IMG/VR virus record: IMGVR_UViG_3300027668_001405
Span: 73,798-137,797 of that record
Source of the DNA: a virus
Direction: 5' to 3' (one strand)
Length of the DNA stretch: 64,000 nucleotides
In this document: in pieces, positions 55,601-64,000 of the stretch
How positions within the stretch are numbered: the first letter of the stretch is position 1
Layout: the number at the start of each line of letters is the position of its first letter
Notes under the pieces: generated by a model
What the model saw: the letters and a program-made list of their open reading frames with translations, nothing else
The model's database searches: none
Told to the model about the DNA's origin: nothing
Made by a program: the position numbers and the translations under genes

Positions 55601-55791
55601 TACATTTTTACCTCTTTAGGATACCCAGGTTGTGCCTTTAGGTTCTTTGGTTTGCCCAAGTACCCTTTAGGATCAACTGCCCTGCGTATCTGCTTTTCTT
55701 TGCCAAAGAGCGGAAACGATACACTGGCAACATTGCCAGACATAGTAGTTCCTGCATCCGCATCTTCACTTATAATGTCTAATATCTTCAT
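55600..55791 (-). CDS. Small putative virion protein
   Basis: MKILDIISED..AGTTMSGNVASV; GATAAATA 5 nt upstream of the ATG. Confidence 0.65.
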   Translation of the reverse strand: MKILDIISEDADAGTTMSGNVASVSFPLFGKEKQIRRAVDPKGYLGKPKNLKAQPGYPKEVKM

Positions 55792-55796
55792 ACATA

Positions 55797-55804
55797 TATT
55801 TATC
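55797..55804 (-). promoter_or_regulatory. Putative late promoter (GATAAATA), leaderless transcript
   Basis: Only 5 nt between the motif and the ATG; no SD. Confidence 0.55.
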
Positions 55805-55822
55805 TAATTAATATCAAACGGC

Positions 55823-56581
55823 TTAGTAATTGAGTGTAGCACTCATTAACTTAACCACATTTTCCCATGTTTTAGGGATATTCATTACTAAATGCATGCT
55901 ATTGTCTTTCCAAGCATGAGTTCTGTGCGTTTTACGTGTATCAATGTAGTACACGCCGCCAGCTTTGATAGGCCATCTACGTCCATCCATCTCCCATTCG
56001 TATGCATCATGTGTTACGTTGTTTGATATAAATGCACATACTCTAAATGTATCTCTTGTAAGCATTGGTTGGTCTTTATGTGGTGGGAACCAGCCTCCTG
56101 CTCCACTATTAACAATAATTGTACGCCCAATAGGTTTCCAATAGTCTAGTAACGGATGTAAACTTTTAAGATCCTTGTATAACTGTGTTGGAACATTAAA
56201 GTCTAATTCACTTAATTTTCTGCCTGTACGCCTACGTGCTTCTGGCATACTTAAACTATCCCAAGGTTCGTCACCTTCAAGTCCTACTACACATAAACCT
56301 TCTCTATTGTTTACAACGCCTTCTCTGCGTAAATATGGAACCCATTTATCTTCGTATGCTTTAATTTCTTTCTTAAACCAACCTAGATCAATTTCCCACT
56401 TTAATGGTTCAAATGATGTTAATGCTTGTAGCTGTAGTTCACATTTAATATCTTCAGCTGTAGGTTCCCATTGTTCTGGGCTCTCTAGCCACTTATCATA
56501 ATAACCTGCTTGTTTAGCTTGATTGGCTTTTGGAACTGTATTAAGTTCTTTGCCATCTTTATCTACTTTAGAATAGTCCAT
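55823..56581 (-). CDS. Asp/Asn beta-hydroxylase-like 2OG-Fe(II) oxygenase
   Basis: GGWFPPHKD (HxD), YYIDTRKTHRTHAW. Confidence 0.75.
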   Translation of the reverse strand: MDYSKVDKDGKELNTVPKANQAKQAGYYDKWLESPEQWEPTAEDIKCELQLQALTSFEPLKWEIDLGWFKKEIKAYEDKWVPYLRREGVVNNREGLCVVGLEGDEPWDSLSMPEARRRTGRKLSELDFNVPTQLYKDLKSLHPLLDYWKPIGRTIIVNSGAGGWFPPHKDQPMLTRDTFRVCAFISNNVTHDAYEWEMDGRRWPIKAGGVYYIDTRKTHRTHAWKDNSMHLVMNIPKTWENVVKLMSATLNY

Positions 56582-56811
56582 TATTTCTCCTCTGCACTCT
56601 TCAAGATACTTTTACTTATCTTACGGTCATGTTTCTTAGAACTGACCTTAGCTTTATTCTTTTTAGCTTGTATAATTCTTCTCTTTTGTTTTTCATCATA
56701 GTCTTGTCCTGACGCTTGTTCAGTCCAAATTATTGCATCATCTTTAGATACACTGTTCATAGGTCCGTGTGTATCTTTAATAATGTCTTTAGTAATATTC
56801 TTATTTGACAT
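56581..56811 (-). CDS. Small basic hypothetical protein
   Basis: Lys-rich 76 aa, TAATG coupling. Confidence 0.55.
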   Translation of the reverse strand: MSNKNITKDIIKDTHGPMNSVSKDDAIIWTEQASGQDYDEKQKRRIIQAKKNKAKVSSKKHDRKISKSILKSAEEK

Positions 56812-56817
56812 ATATTT

Positions 56818-57198
56818 TTAGCTAATGAAACTTACTCTTAAGTTTGCATTGTTAGCTACCTTTAAACTTGTTACGTTGTCCGGATTAATAACACACCATA
56901 ATTGTTTATTTCCAAAGTGTTGTTTACATAATCTAACTGCTTTAGTAGCAATTCCAAGGTTTCTGTAAAGTTCACTAACAAAATATGCTGTTTCTAAATC
57001 TTCCTTGACTTCTACAGCACCAACTAATACGCCACTATTAATCCATATACCCCATGTATTATAACTTGAAATGAAAGAAATTGCAACCTCTTTTGTGAAG
57101 GGCCATGGAATATATGCTGCATCTGCTGTGTTTTTAGTAAGGATACTTCTTAATTGGTAGATATGTTTGGGCTGTAATCGTCTCAGCTCTACTTGCAT
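56818..57198 (-). CDS. GNAT (RimJ/RimL-like) acetyltransferase
   Basis: YRNLGIATKAV (RxxGxA), NPDNVTSLKV. Confidence 0.8.
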   Translation of the reverse strand: MQVELRRLQPKHIYQLRSILTKNTADAAYIPWPFTKEVAISFISSYNTWGIWINSGVLVGAVEVKEDLETAYFVSELYRNLGIATKAVRLCKQHFGNKQLWCVINPDNVTSLKVANNANLRVSFIS

Positions 57199-57199
57199 G

Positions 57200-57391
57200 T
57201 TACTTATCCATTAATTTAACTATTCGGGGTTTGAATAATTTTTGATCGCCTTTAGTTGTTTTTAAGACAGGTTGATTATTTTCGTCAGTGTCAAATCCCG
57301 TTACTGTTGCTTTACGGTTTTTGAACTTGCCTACTAGTATCTCGTCGCCGATTTCTATGTTAGGCAGTGTTAATATATCTTTTATTTTCAT
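57200..57391 (-). CDS. Small SH3/KOW-like putative virion protein
   Basis: MKIKDI start; IEIGDEILVGKFKN. Confidence 0.6.
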   Translation of the reverse strand: MKIKDILTLPNIEIGDEILVGKFKNRKATVTGFDTDENNQPVLKTTKGDQKLFKPRIVKLMDK

Positions 57392-57399
57392 TGCTAATA

Positions 57400-57714
57400 C
57401 TACATTCCGTATAATTCAGCAGACTCGTCCCAACCATTGTATAATTCTTCAAGTTTTGACTTTAAACTATCTAGTTCACCAGTACCTGCTTTGTTACCGT
57501 TGTTTAGCATTAAGTGACTATTCTTATATCTATAAGTTATAGCTTGCTCTAGGTGACTAATAACTTGGTCTAGTTCTGCTTTGACATGATCAGTGTATTG
57601 CTTATCTTGTGCTTTGTAATACTCTGTGCCTCTTTCTTCATCTTCATATACTCCAGGATTAGCTATCGTATTCATACGCTGTCTAATTTCTTCTGCTTGT
57701 GTTTTAGGTTGCAT
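57400..57714 (-). CDS. Hypothetical protein (late block)
   Basis: ATG 57714 with GGAG SD. Confidence 0.6.
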   Translation of the reverse strand: MQPKTQAEEIRQRMNTIANPGVYEDEERGTEYYKAQDKQYTDHVKAELDQVISHLEQAITYRYKNSHLMLNNGNKAGTGELDSLKSKLEELYNGWDESAELYGM

Positions 57715-57727
57715 GTTACTCTCCATT

Positions 57728-58000
57728 TTATTTAGACTCTTTGAGGCCATTTTTTCTAACAAGGTTACTAAGTTGCTGTTCTAAATCATCTATACGATTG
57801 ATGTTACTTTTTTGTTTTACATCTTGTTCAGAATCAACTCTATCACCATCTAATTCATTTTTTTCAACGTCAGCTAGTAACGCAGAAATTAAATCATCAG
57901 CATGTGGATACTTTGCCTGTAGTCGCTTAATAGCATATGTAGTTTTACTATCAAATGCTTTTAGTGTTCCATCTGTTCCGGTGACTTCAAAAATATTCAT
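57728..58000 (-). CDS. Putative virion protein with coiled coil
   Basis: MNIFEV start; RIDDLEQQL. Confidence 0.6.
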   Translation of the reverse strand: MNIFEVTGTDGTLKAFDSKTTYAIKRLQAKYPHADDLISALLADVEKNELDGDRVDSEQDVKQKSNINRIDDLEQQLSNLVRKNGLKESK

Positions 58001-58143
58001 TTTGCTTCTTCTAATTCTTTTTTTAACTCTTCGATTATTTCGTTAAGCTTCTTTATTGTTTCTAAGTGTTGCTGTACTTCGTGCAATCCTCTGTATCCGT
58101 ATTCACTGTAGCTTTCTTTTGACATATTTAAATCTCTCTATAT

Positions 58144-58887
58144 TTAAACTTTCTTAAGTAGCTCCGCAACTCCTTGCGAAGTCCATAGCATTTTGTCAAT
58201 GCTAGCTTGTCCAGCTTCTGATGCGTCTAGGTATTTCATTACGACACGTCTAGCTGTGCCTGGTCTAACCTTTATAACTGAACCGTCATCTAATTTAATT
58301 GGAAACGGCTCATTGTCTTTACGTGCCGCTAAGTTGTACATTACTTTAATTGGTGATGATTGTTTAACAAGTGCTTCAAGCATCATCTTTTGGCCTTCAG
58401 TCAATCCCATATTAAATAATGCATGTGGACTGCTGTTAGCTGCTGCTTTCTTATGTAACGGCTTAATTTTTCCATTACCAAATTTTGCTGCCTGACGTTC
58501 TGTTTCGCCTGGCTTAACATCTACTGTAGTATTAACACCAGGAACTATAACACCATCTTCACGGACGCCAATAGTTTTACCTGAGGACATTTTATATGAG
58601 GCACTTTTAACTTTTGGTATATTACTACCTTTAACAGGTGCAGTGTTAACTTTCATGTTACCTGCGGACATATCAGTATTAGTTTTTATTCCATTTACAC
58701 GTGTTGTACTGATGTTTGTTGCACCAACATTAGTTTGATTGGTTTGCTTAATACTTCCATCAGCATAATTAGTTGTTTTCATTCCACCAATTTTAGGTGT
58801 ACTTCTTGCTATTTCATTTCCACCAACAGTCGTAACAGATCCTGCGCCTGTGCGTTTTGTTACTGGTGCGAATTCATTTATTCTCAT
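58144..58887 (-). CDS. Putative internal head protein
   Basis: MRINEF start, internal VRE/LTE sites, GATAAATA upstream. Confidence 0.65.
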   Translation of the reverse strand: MRINEFAPVTKRTGAGSVTTVGGNEIARSTPKIGGMKTTNYADGSIKQTNQTNVGATNISTTRVNGIKTNTDMSAGNMKVNTAPVKGSNIPKVKSASYKMSSGKTIGVREDGVIVPGVNTTVDVKPGETERQAAKFGNGKIKPLHKKAAANSSPHALFNMGLTEGQKMMLEALVKQSSPIKVMYNLAARKDNEPFPIKLDDGSVIKVRPGTARRVVMKYLDASEAGQASIDKMLWTSQGVAELLKKV

Positions 58888-58888
58888 A

Positions 58889-60121
58889 TTATAACTCCAT
58901 ATCCTTGTTGTAAGTATTTATCGATTTATTTAAATCAACAAACGTTTTAGGCCAGTCGGTGCCTCTTAACCTGTCTAGAGAGTCTAGGAACTCGGCACAG
59001 CTATACGGATCGCTATTGTATTCTAAGTTAGCTTGTAAATAGCTTATTAAGTGTGCAATCTTGTCACTATGTACAGAGTCTGTGTATAACTGTATTAGTT
59101 CTAGTTTTGCTTCCTTTGTTAAATTTTTAGCATCAAACATGTCTGGATGTGACAATATTCTAATATTAATATAATACTTGCTAAAATGATCTAGTAGTTT
59201 TAAGAATGTAAACGCATTTAATACTTGCCATGTAATACTTATTTCTATTTGTGTATTTGGAAGTGTGTCTTCCATGCGTTTAACGTTTTCGTTTATCTTG
59301 TACCATTTACTTGGAAAACGTATATAGTTATTCTGGTCTCCATAATCGTCTATACTTACTCTTAGCATTAACTTCTTAAAATGTTTCCATTGATCAATTG
59401 CACGTTGATGTACGTTTGTAATGTTAGTGTCGTACTCTAGTGTAACATTGCCTGCTACACCTGCATCTATTAGCTTTTGTAAAAATACATAATGATGTTC
59501 TATAAGCATAGGTTCACCACCTACTAGATATACATGTTCTAACTGATCTATGTTAGCTTCCATTTGTTCCCAAAAATGTTCACTTTTCCACCAATCATAT
59601 TCTACGTTTGATTTATTGTTTATATCTATTTTTGTATCACTGTCGTAGAAATGATCTGTCTTGTAAACACTAGCCCAATCTTTGTACCACATGTTACTGC
59701 TTTGTGGTCCACACATTACACACTTTAAGTTGCATAAGTTTCCAAATCGTAAATCCCAATATATAGGCTTTTGTGTAGTACTTCCATCTGGTGCTGTTAG
59801 CTGTACTGCTTTATCGTAATCAAATGTGTCTTTGTACATCTTGTTTGTAAATGTACGTCTACTCTTGCCACCATTTTCTTCTTTAACCCAACATGTATTA
59901 CACTCTGTAGGCTTTTCTCCTGCAAGAAACTGCTTACGTATTTTACGTGTAAATTCACTGTTGTGGATTTCTTCTATGGTGTGTTCTTTAAAGTTGTGTC
60001 CAGTAAGTCCGCCATTGCCCGAATCGTGATTACTCATTAGGCAACAAACTCTACTAGCTCCGTTTGTTTTACTTGCAGAGTGAATCCACGGAATAGAACA
60101 AAAGCTAGTCTGGGACATCAC
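58889..60121 (-). CDS. Radical SAM protein with N-terminal twitch-like domain
   Basis: FCSIPW..RVCC..CNTC, DLRFGNLCNLKCVMC, LVGGEP, YDTN. Confidence 0.92.
   Translation of the reverse strand: MMSQTSFCSIPWIHSASKTNGASRVCCLMSNHDSGNGGLTGHNFKEHTIEEIHNSEFTRKIRKQFLAGEKPTECNTCWVKEENGGKSRRTFTNKMYKDTFDYDKAVQLTAPDGSTTQKPIYWDLRFGNLCNLKCVMCGPQSSNMWYKDWASVYKTDHFYDSDTKIDINNKSNVEYDWWKSEHFWEQMEANIDQLEHVYLVGGEPMLIEHHYVFLQKLIDAGVAGNVTLEYDTNITNVHQRAIDQWKHFKKLMLRVSIDDYGDQNNYIRFPSKWYKINENVKRMEDTLPNTQIEISITWQVLNAFTFLKLLDHFSKYYINIRILSHPDMFDAKNLTKEAKLELIQLYTDSVHSDKIAHLISYLQANLEYNSDPYSCAEFLDSLDRLRGTDWPKTFVDLNKSINTYNKDMEL
58915..58922 (-). promoter_or_regulatory. Putative late promoter (GATAAATA)
   Basis: Upstream of GGAG SD and ATG 58887. 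Confidence 0.55.
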
Positions 60122-61280
60122 CGTAAATCCAATCGGCTAGCTCCGAATCAAAACTTTCCATTGTTACTGCTCCGTTTATATCGTAGTATTCAACAAACTG
60201 CTTTACTGTTGCTTTACGTTTGGGATCGTTAATGTAAGGCTTACGCATCTCATTAATTACATGATCAACTCCTTCTAGTTTATTCTTATGTTCTTCAAAG
60301 AATGCTAAACTTTCTGCTTTGAATCTATCCGGAATGTTTTCCATCATAACTTCAGTCTTATTAATCACTGGTCTAATTTGTACTTTAGCGGCTGGATAAT
60401 GTTCCCATAAGTAAGTTATTAGTTTAGGTATATGTCTTACGCTTAAACTGTTAGCTGTGATATCCCATATACGCAATTTAAATTCTTTATAATATTGATC
60501 CATTACTGCAATCTTTTCTTCCCAAACATCATCTTGTCTAGTCCAATCGTTTGCTTTACCCCAACCATCAATACTAAATCTAAGGTTAACGTTTTCAACA
60601 GTTTTTAATTTTATAAGATCTTTTTCTCGTAATAGTCTAGTACCATTTGTGTTAATAACAAAACGTGCTCCTGGTGCAATTGCACCTAAGCGTTGTACTG
60701 TACTTGGAAAGTTTTTAAGATAAAAAGGTTCGCCACCTGCAAGGTAAACGTGCTTTAAATCTTTATCTACACTTGAGATAATGTTTTCCCAAGCTACCGG
60801 ATCATCACTCCAATCATAATTTTGTTTAGCGTACTTTGCAGCTTCTTTTTCTAGCCTGCCTTCTTTCCAATCAAAATGGTCTGCCATTGTTTTATGATTA
60901 TGTAGAATCTTGTTACTGTTACCAGCGAAACACATAACACATGCTAGGTTACATACGTTTCCTAATCTTAAATCTAATGCGTGTATTTTTTCATCTTGAA
61001 ATGGAACGCCTTTATTAATCATGCCTAGTGCTTTTTGTCTAAAGCTACGTATACCATCACGTTCTGGATCATAACATTTAAAACATCCCATAGGCTCGCC
61101 GCCGCCGGCAATCTCTGCTCGCACTGCATGCATTTCTGAACTATTCCATATTTCACTAAGACTATGTTCTTTAATGTGATATGGTAGTTTGTGTTTTAGG
61201 TTTTTACAACATAATGCTACGTATCCATCGTTATCAACGAATGTAAAATTATTTGTATATATACAGTATTTTTCTGTCAT
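60105..61280 (-). CDS. Radical SAM protein with N-terminal twitch-like domain
   Basis: YCIY..ALCC..CFKC, CNLACVMC, LAGGEP, NTNGT. Confidence 0.92.
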   Translation of the reverse strand: MTEKYCIYTNNFTFVDNDGYVALCCKNLKHKLPYHIKEHSLSEIWNSSEMHAVRAEIAGGGEPMGCFKCYDPERDGIRSFRQKALGMINKGVPFQDEKIHALDLRLGNVCNLACVMCFAGNSNKILHNHKTMADHFDWKEGRLEKEAAKYAKQNYDWSDDPVAWENIISSVDKDLKHVYLAGGEPFYLKNFPSTVQRLGAIAPGARFVINTNGTRLLREKDLIKLKTVENVNLRFSIDGWGKANDWTRQDDVWEEKIAVMDQYYKEFKLRIWDITANSLSVRHIPKLITYLWEHYPAAKVQIRPVINKTEVMMENIPDRFKAESLAFFEEHKNKLEGVDHVINEMRKPYINDPKRKATVKQFVEYYDINGAVTMESFDSELADWIYGDVPD

Positions 61281-61298
61281 GGAGTCTCTTTTTGTTAT

Positions 61299-61327
61299 AT
61301 TATACAGGATTAAGCTGTACTTGTCAA
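61299..61327 (-). promoter_or_regulatory. Sigma70 promoter for radical SAM genes
   Basis: TTGACA-N17-TATAAT; a CTAAATA variant lies just upstream at 61331-61337. Confidence 0.88.
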
Positions 61328-61333
61328 TATTAT

Positions 61334-61588
61334 TTAGTCAGTTACAACTGGCTCAAAATTGTCTAAGTAGTACTGCCTTAATACATGATGATCTATATTT
61401 TTATAGGACTGGCCTATATTCATAGTGTACCAACCAAGAGCATGTCTAAATACGCCACCGTTCTCTTCTTTTTTTCGTAAGAGTATAGCATGTAGCTTTT
61501 CAGCAACACGTTGATATCTGTCTTTGTTTATTACTGGCTTGATTTTTCTTGCAAGTGCAGTAAAAGGGCTTATCTCATCTATTCTCAT
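61334..61588 (-). CDS. Small putative virion protein between duplicated radical SAM genes
   Basis: MRIDEI start; own GATAAATA at 61609-61616. Confidence 0.65.
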   Translation of the reverse strand: MRIDEISPFTALARKIKPVINKDRYQRVAEKLHAILLRKKEENGGVFRHALGWYTMNIGQSYKNIDHHVLRQYYLDNFEPVVTD

Positions 61589-61597
61589 AACTATTTC

Positions 61598-62755
61598 CTA
61601 TTCTAAAGTATTTATCCATTTAGCAAGCTCAGGATCAAAACTTTCTAGCGTTAATACTCCATGTGTATCATAATAACTTATGAATCGTTGCATTGCAGTT
61701 TTTGAAGATGTCAATGGTTTTTGCATCTCATGTATTACATGATCAGCACCTATTATATTATTTTTATTTTTAATAAAGTAATCTAAACTTTCTTGTTTAA
61801 AGCTACTAGGAATACTAGATAACATTATTTCTGGACTTTTAATTACAGGTCTCATCATTATATCAACATGTGGATATCGTGTTACTAGCCAATCAATTAG
61901 CTTTGGTACATGTCTTACGTTCAATGCGTTAGCTGTAATATCAAATGATCTTACGTCAAATTCTTTATAGTATTGATCCATTACTGCAACCTTGTCTTTC
62001 CATATTGTACCTTGACGTGTGTACTCTTCTGCTGGTCCATAGCCATCAACACTTATACTCATATGAATGTTTTTAATTTGGGTTAATGTTTTTAAATCTT
62101 TATCACGTAGTAATCTTGTGCCATTTGTGTTTATTGCTATTACTGCGTTTGGTGCAGCTTTCCATATACGTTCTACAGTAGTAGGAAAGTTCTTAAGATA
62201 AAATGGTTCACCACCTGCTAAGTATACGTGCTTTAATTCTGGGTCAATGCTTGATATAATGTTATCCCATGCTTTTGGATCATTGGCCCAGCCGTATTGT
62301 TTTTTATCAAATCTTGTAAGAAGACTGTCTAGCTTTGATTTAGGCCAATTCCAATGATTAGACATTTTAGGTAGATCATTGTAAATCTTATTGCTGTTTC
62401 CTGAGTGACACATAGTACAGGCTAAATTACATATATTACCTAAACGTAAATCTAATGCATAGATATTAGTATTGTTGTACTGCTTTCCTTTGTTAATATT
62501 GTGTAGTGTCTTTTGTCTAAAACTTTGTATTCCAGCATTTTCTGGTTCTGTACATACATTGCAACCTTTTGGTTCTCCACCTGTTGATAATAAATTTCTT
62601 ACTTTAGTCATATGAGCAGAATGCCATATTTCTTTTAAAGAATGTTCTCTGATATTATAATTGTATATTTTGTTTTGAGCATTTTTACAACATAAAGCTA
62701 CGAAGCCATCGTTGTCAATAAAACTATAATTTGAGGTGAATATACAATAGCTCAT
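61598..62755 (-). CDS. Radical SAM protein with N-terminal twitch-like domain (close paralog of 60105..61280)
   Basis: YCIF..ALCC..CNVC, CNLACTMC, KHVYLAGGEPFYLKNFP identical to the paralog. Confidence 0.92.
   Translation of the reverse strand: MSYCIFTSNYSFIDNDGFVALCCKNAQNKIYNYNIREHSLKEIWHSAHMTKVRNLLSTGGEPKGCNVCTEPENAGIQSFRQKTLHNINKGKQYNNTNIYALDLRLGNICNLACTMCHSGNSNKIYNDLPKMSNHWNWPKSKLDSLLTRFDKKQYGWANDPKAWDNIISSIDPELKHVYLAGGEPFYLKNFPTTVERIWKAAPNAVIAINTNGTRLLRDKDLKTLTQIKNIHMSISVDGYGPAEEYTRQGTIWKDKVAVMDQYYKEFDVRSFDITANALNVRHVPKLIDWLVTRYPHVDIMMRPVIKSPEIMLSSIPSSFKQESLDYFIKNKNNIIGADHVIHEMQKPLTSSKTAMQRFISYYDTHGVLTLESFDPELAKWINTLE
61609..61616 (-). promoter_or_regulatory. Putative late promoter (GATAAATA)
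   Basis: Upstream of AGGA SD and ATG 61588. Confidence 0.5.
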
Positions 62756-62761
62756 TGGCCA

Positions 62762-64000
62762 TTATTCTAATTCGTCTGGCATTCCAATATCTTTAACAGC
62801 GTGATTATTTTTAAAGCCATCAATAACATATTGTTGTGCTTCCTTAGTCCAGTTCTTTTTCATACCTGCTAATAATGATTCAAAGCTATTTAAGTCACTT
62901 GCACTATCTAGTTTTAACATTTTAGCAATCTCTTCTGGCTGTTTCCAAGGTCCATCAATTGTTTCGTTACTGTTCTTTTTAGTATATCCTGTGCCAGCTT
63001 TATTACGAACTGGTGTACGCTTAACACGCAATAGTCCTTCTGTTGGGCTCCACATATAACGCTTTTCTTCCATTGCACGACCATCATCTAGTTTAGCATC
63101 ACTTTGTTGTCTATCAAGTACTGCTGCCATTGATGCGATCATTATGTTACGGAATACGCCTTTGTATTTTGACTCATCTTCACTTGGTGAATGATAATAC
63201 GTTTTCATCCAACCTGGATCACCTGGCATAAAGTCCACTTGTACAAATCCTGTACGTGGTCTGCCATCATCTTTAGACTTATCAAAGTTCATAATTTTAA
63301 CTTTAGTCATAATAACACTTGACTTAGCAATGTCTAATACTAAAGGATTCTTTTTAAGTTTTTCTATAAACGATGGAATCTCTTCTGGTGGAATGTTTAA
63401 TGCTACATCAATGTCTCCACTAAATTCTCGTTTGCCTACACTACCTAATGTAAAGTTTTGTAGTTCGACGCCCATTGTTTTTTCTAGTTGCTCTAGTGTA
63501 GCTGATATCTCATCTTTGTGTATAGCTCCAACTCCAGGCATTGCTCCGCCTTCAGTTATCATAAAGTATCTATTTACATTAGTATTTTCAAATGTACCAT
63601 ACTTCTGTTGCCATTTGTATAAAGCTGTTTGATACAGGGCATCATCTTGTGCAGTGCCGAAATCATCTTTTCTTGGTTTCATTGGAGGTTTCTTTGGTCC
63701 TGTTTTTAAATTTAGGTTCGGAGCTAAGTTTGGCCCTGGCGCTAAGTTTGGTGCTTGTACTACCTTAGGTGCCGTAATCGGTACTGGGTCTGCATCATAC
63801 TCAGGATTATTTTTAGGGTCTTGAATAGGTGCTGGATCATTTGCTGGATCATTTGCTGGATCTGTTGCAGGATCTGTTGCAGGATCTGTTGCAGGATCTG
63901 TTGCAGGATCTGTTGCAGGATCTGTTGCAGGATCTGTTGCAGGATCTGTTGCAGGTTCCTTAACCGGCTCTTTAACTGGCTCCTTAACCGGCTCTTTAAC
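62762..64000 (-). CDS. Pro-rich repeat protein fused to a Pol-beta-superfamily nucleotidyltransferase domain (5' partial)
   Basis: The frame is open to the window edge, so the track start at 63682 is internal. GSVGK..SGDID and QVDF acidic motifs. Confidence 0.75.
   Translation of the reverse strand, partial: VKEPVKEPVKEPVKEPATDPATDPATDPATDPATDPATDPATDPATDPANDPANDPAPIQDPKNNPEYDADPVPITAPKVVQAPNLAPGPNLAPNLNLKTGPKKPPMKPRKDDFGTAQDDALYQTALYKWQQKYGTFENTNVNRYFMITEGGAMPGVGAIHKDEISATLEQLEKTMGVELQNFTLGSVGKREFSGDIDVALNIPPEEIPSFIEKLKKNPLVLDIAKSSVIMTKVKIMNFDKSKDDGRPRTGFVQVDFMPGDPGWMKTYYHSPSEDESKYKGVFRNIMIASMAAVLDRQQSDAKLDDGRAMEEKRYMWSPTEGLLRVKRTPVRNKAGTGYTKKNSNETIDGPWKQPEEIAKMLKLDSASDLNSFESLLAGMKKNWTKEAQQYVIDGFKNNHAVKDIGMPDELE
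63829..64000 (-). repeat. In-frame 12-bp tandem repeats encoding (VKEP)4+ (ATDP)8 (ANDP)2
   Basis: GCAGGATCTGTT units and related 12-mers read directly; all keep the frame. Confidence 0.95.

Noticed and set aside
1027-63632. Many antisense or alternate-frame ORFs in the track (e.g. 1027..1539, 9482..10033, 16307..16768, 42188..42679, 63330..63632)
   Set aside because: They lie fully opposite or inside well-supported genes, have no SD or motifs, and show shadow-type composition.
63829-64000. Tandem repeats as a CRISPR array
   Set aside because: The units are 12 bp, directly adjacent with no unique spacers, and in frame within a coding sequence; no cas genes are present.
1-64000. Stop-codon reassignment (common in some jumbo phages)
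   Set aside because: Conserved genes are full length under code 11, and TAG, TGA and TAA all end genes at sensible places.
1-64000. tRNA or rRNA genes
   Set aside because: Intergenic gaps are short, and I saw no T-loop GTTCRA cloverleaf. A tRNAscan-SE run would be the formal test.

Overview
This is a gene-dense, AT-rich (by eye about one-third G+C, not computed) segment of a large lytic dsDNA phage, most likely a jumbo myovirus with T4-like transcription. Evidence for that: a family B DNA polymerase, a gp44/RFC-type clamp loader, a GroES-like co-chaperonin, a DsbA-like protein, near-consensus sigma70 early promoters and (G/T)ATAAATA late-promoter motifs. The iscS and fdxA genes suggest a proteobacterial, probably marine, host (inference). 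The standout feature is a large metalloenzyme investment. There are 12 radical SAM genes, 9 with an N-terminal twitch-like Cys domain, plus 2 free-standing SPASM/twitch-like genes. One radical SAM paralog appears split in two around a three-gene insert. Alongside them sit a partial Fe-S delivery kit (IscS, IscA, NfuA-C, SufT/DUF59, ferredoxin; no scaffold in the window), a RpiB-Prs-Apt nucleotide salvage set, and a biosynthesis-like island (two TauD-like oxygenases, desaturase, minimal adenylation enzyme, GNAT-like and sulfotransferase-like genes). Other observations: a Rieske-less ring-hydroxylating oxygenase, a preQ1-I-like RNA element before queD, a palindrome (CAAGA-N2-TCTTG) inside four early promoters, and a late block of putative capsid-packaged proteins that includes a nuclease-like and a nucleotidyltransferase-like domain. 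I found no tRNA, rRNA, CRISPR array, intein or transposase. All family assignments come from motifs read by eye; no database search was run.
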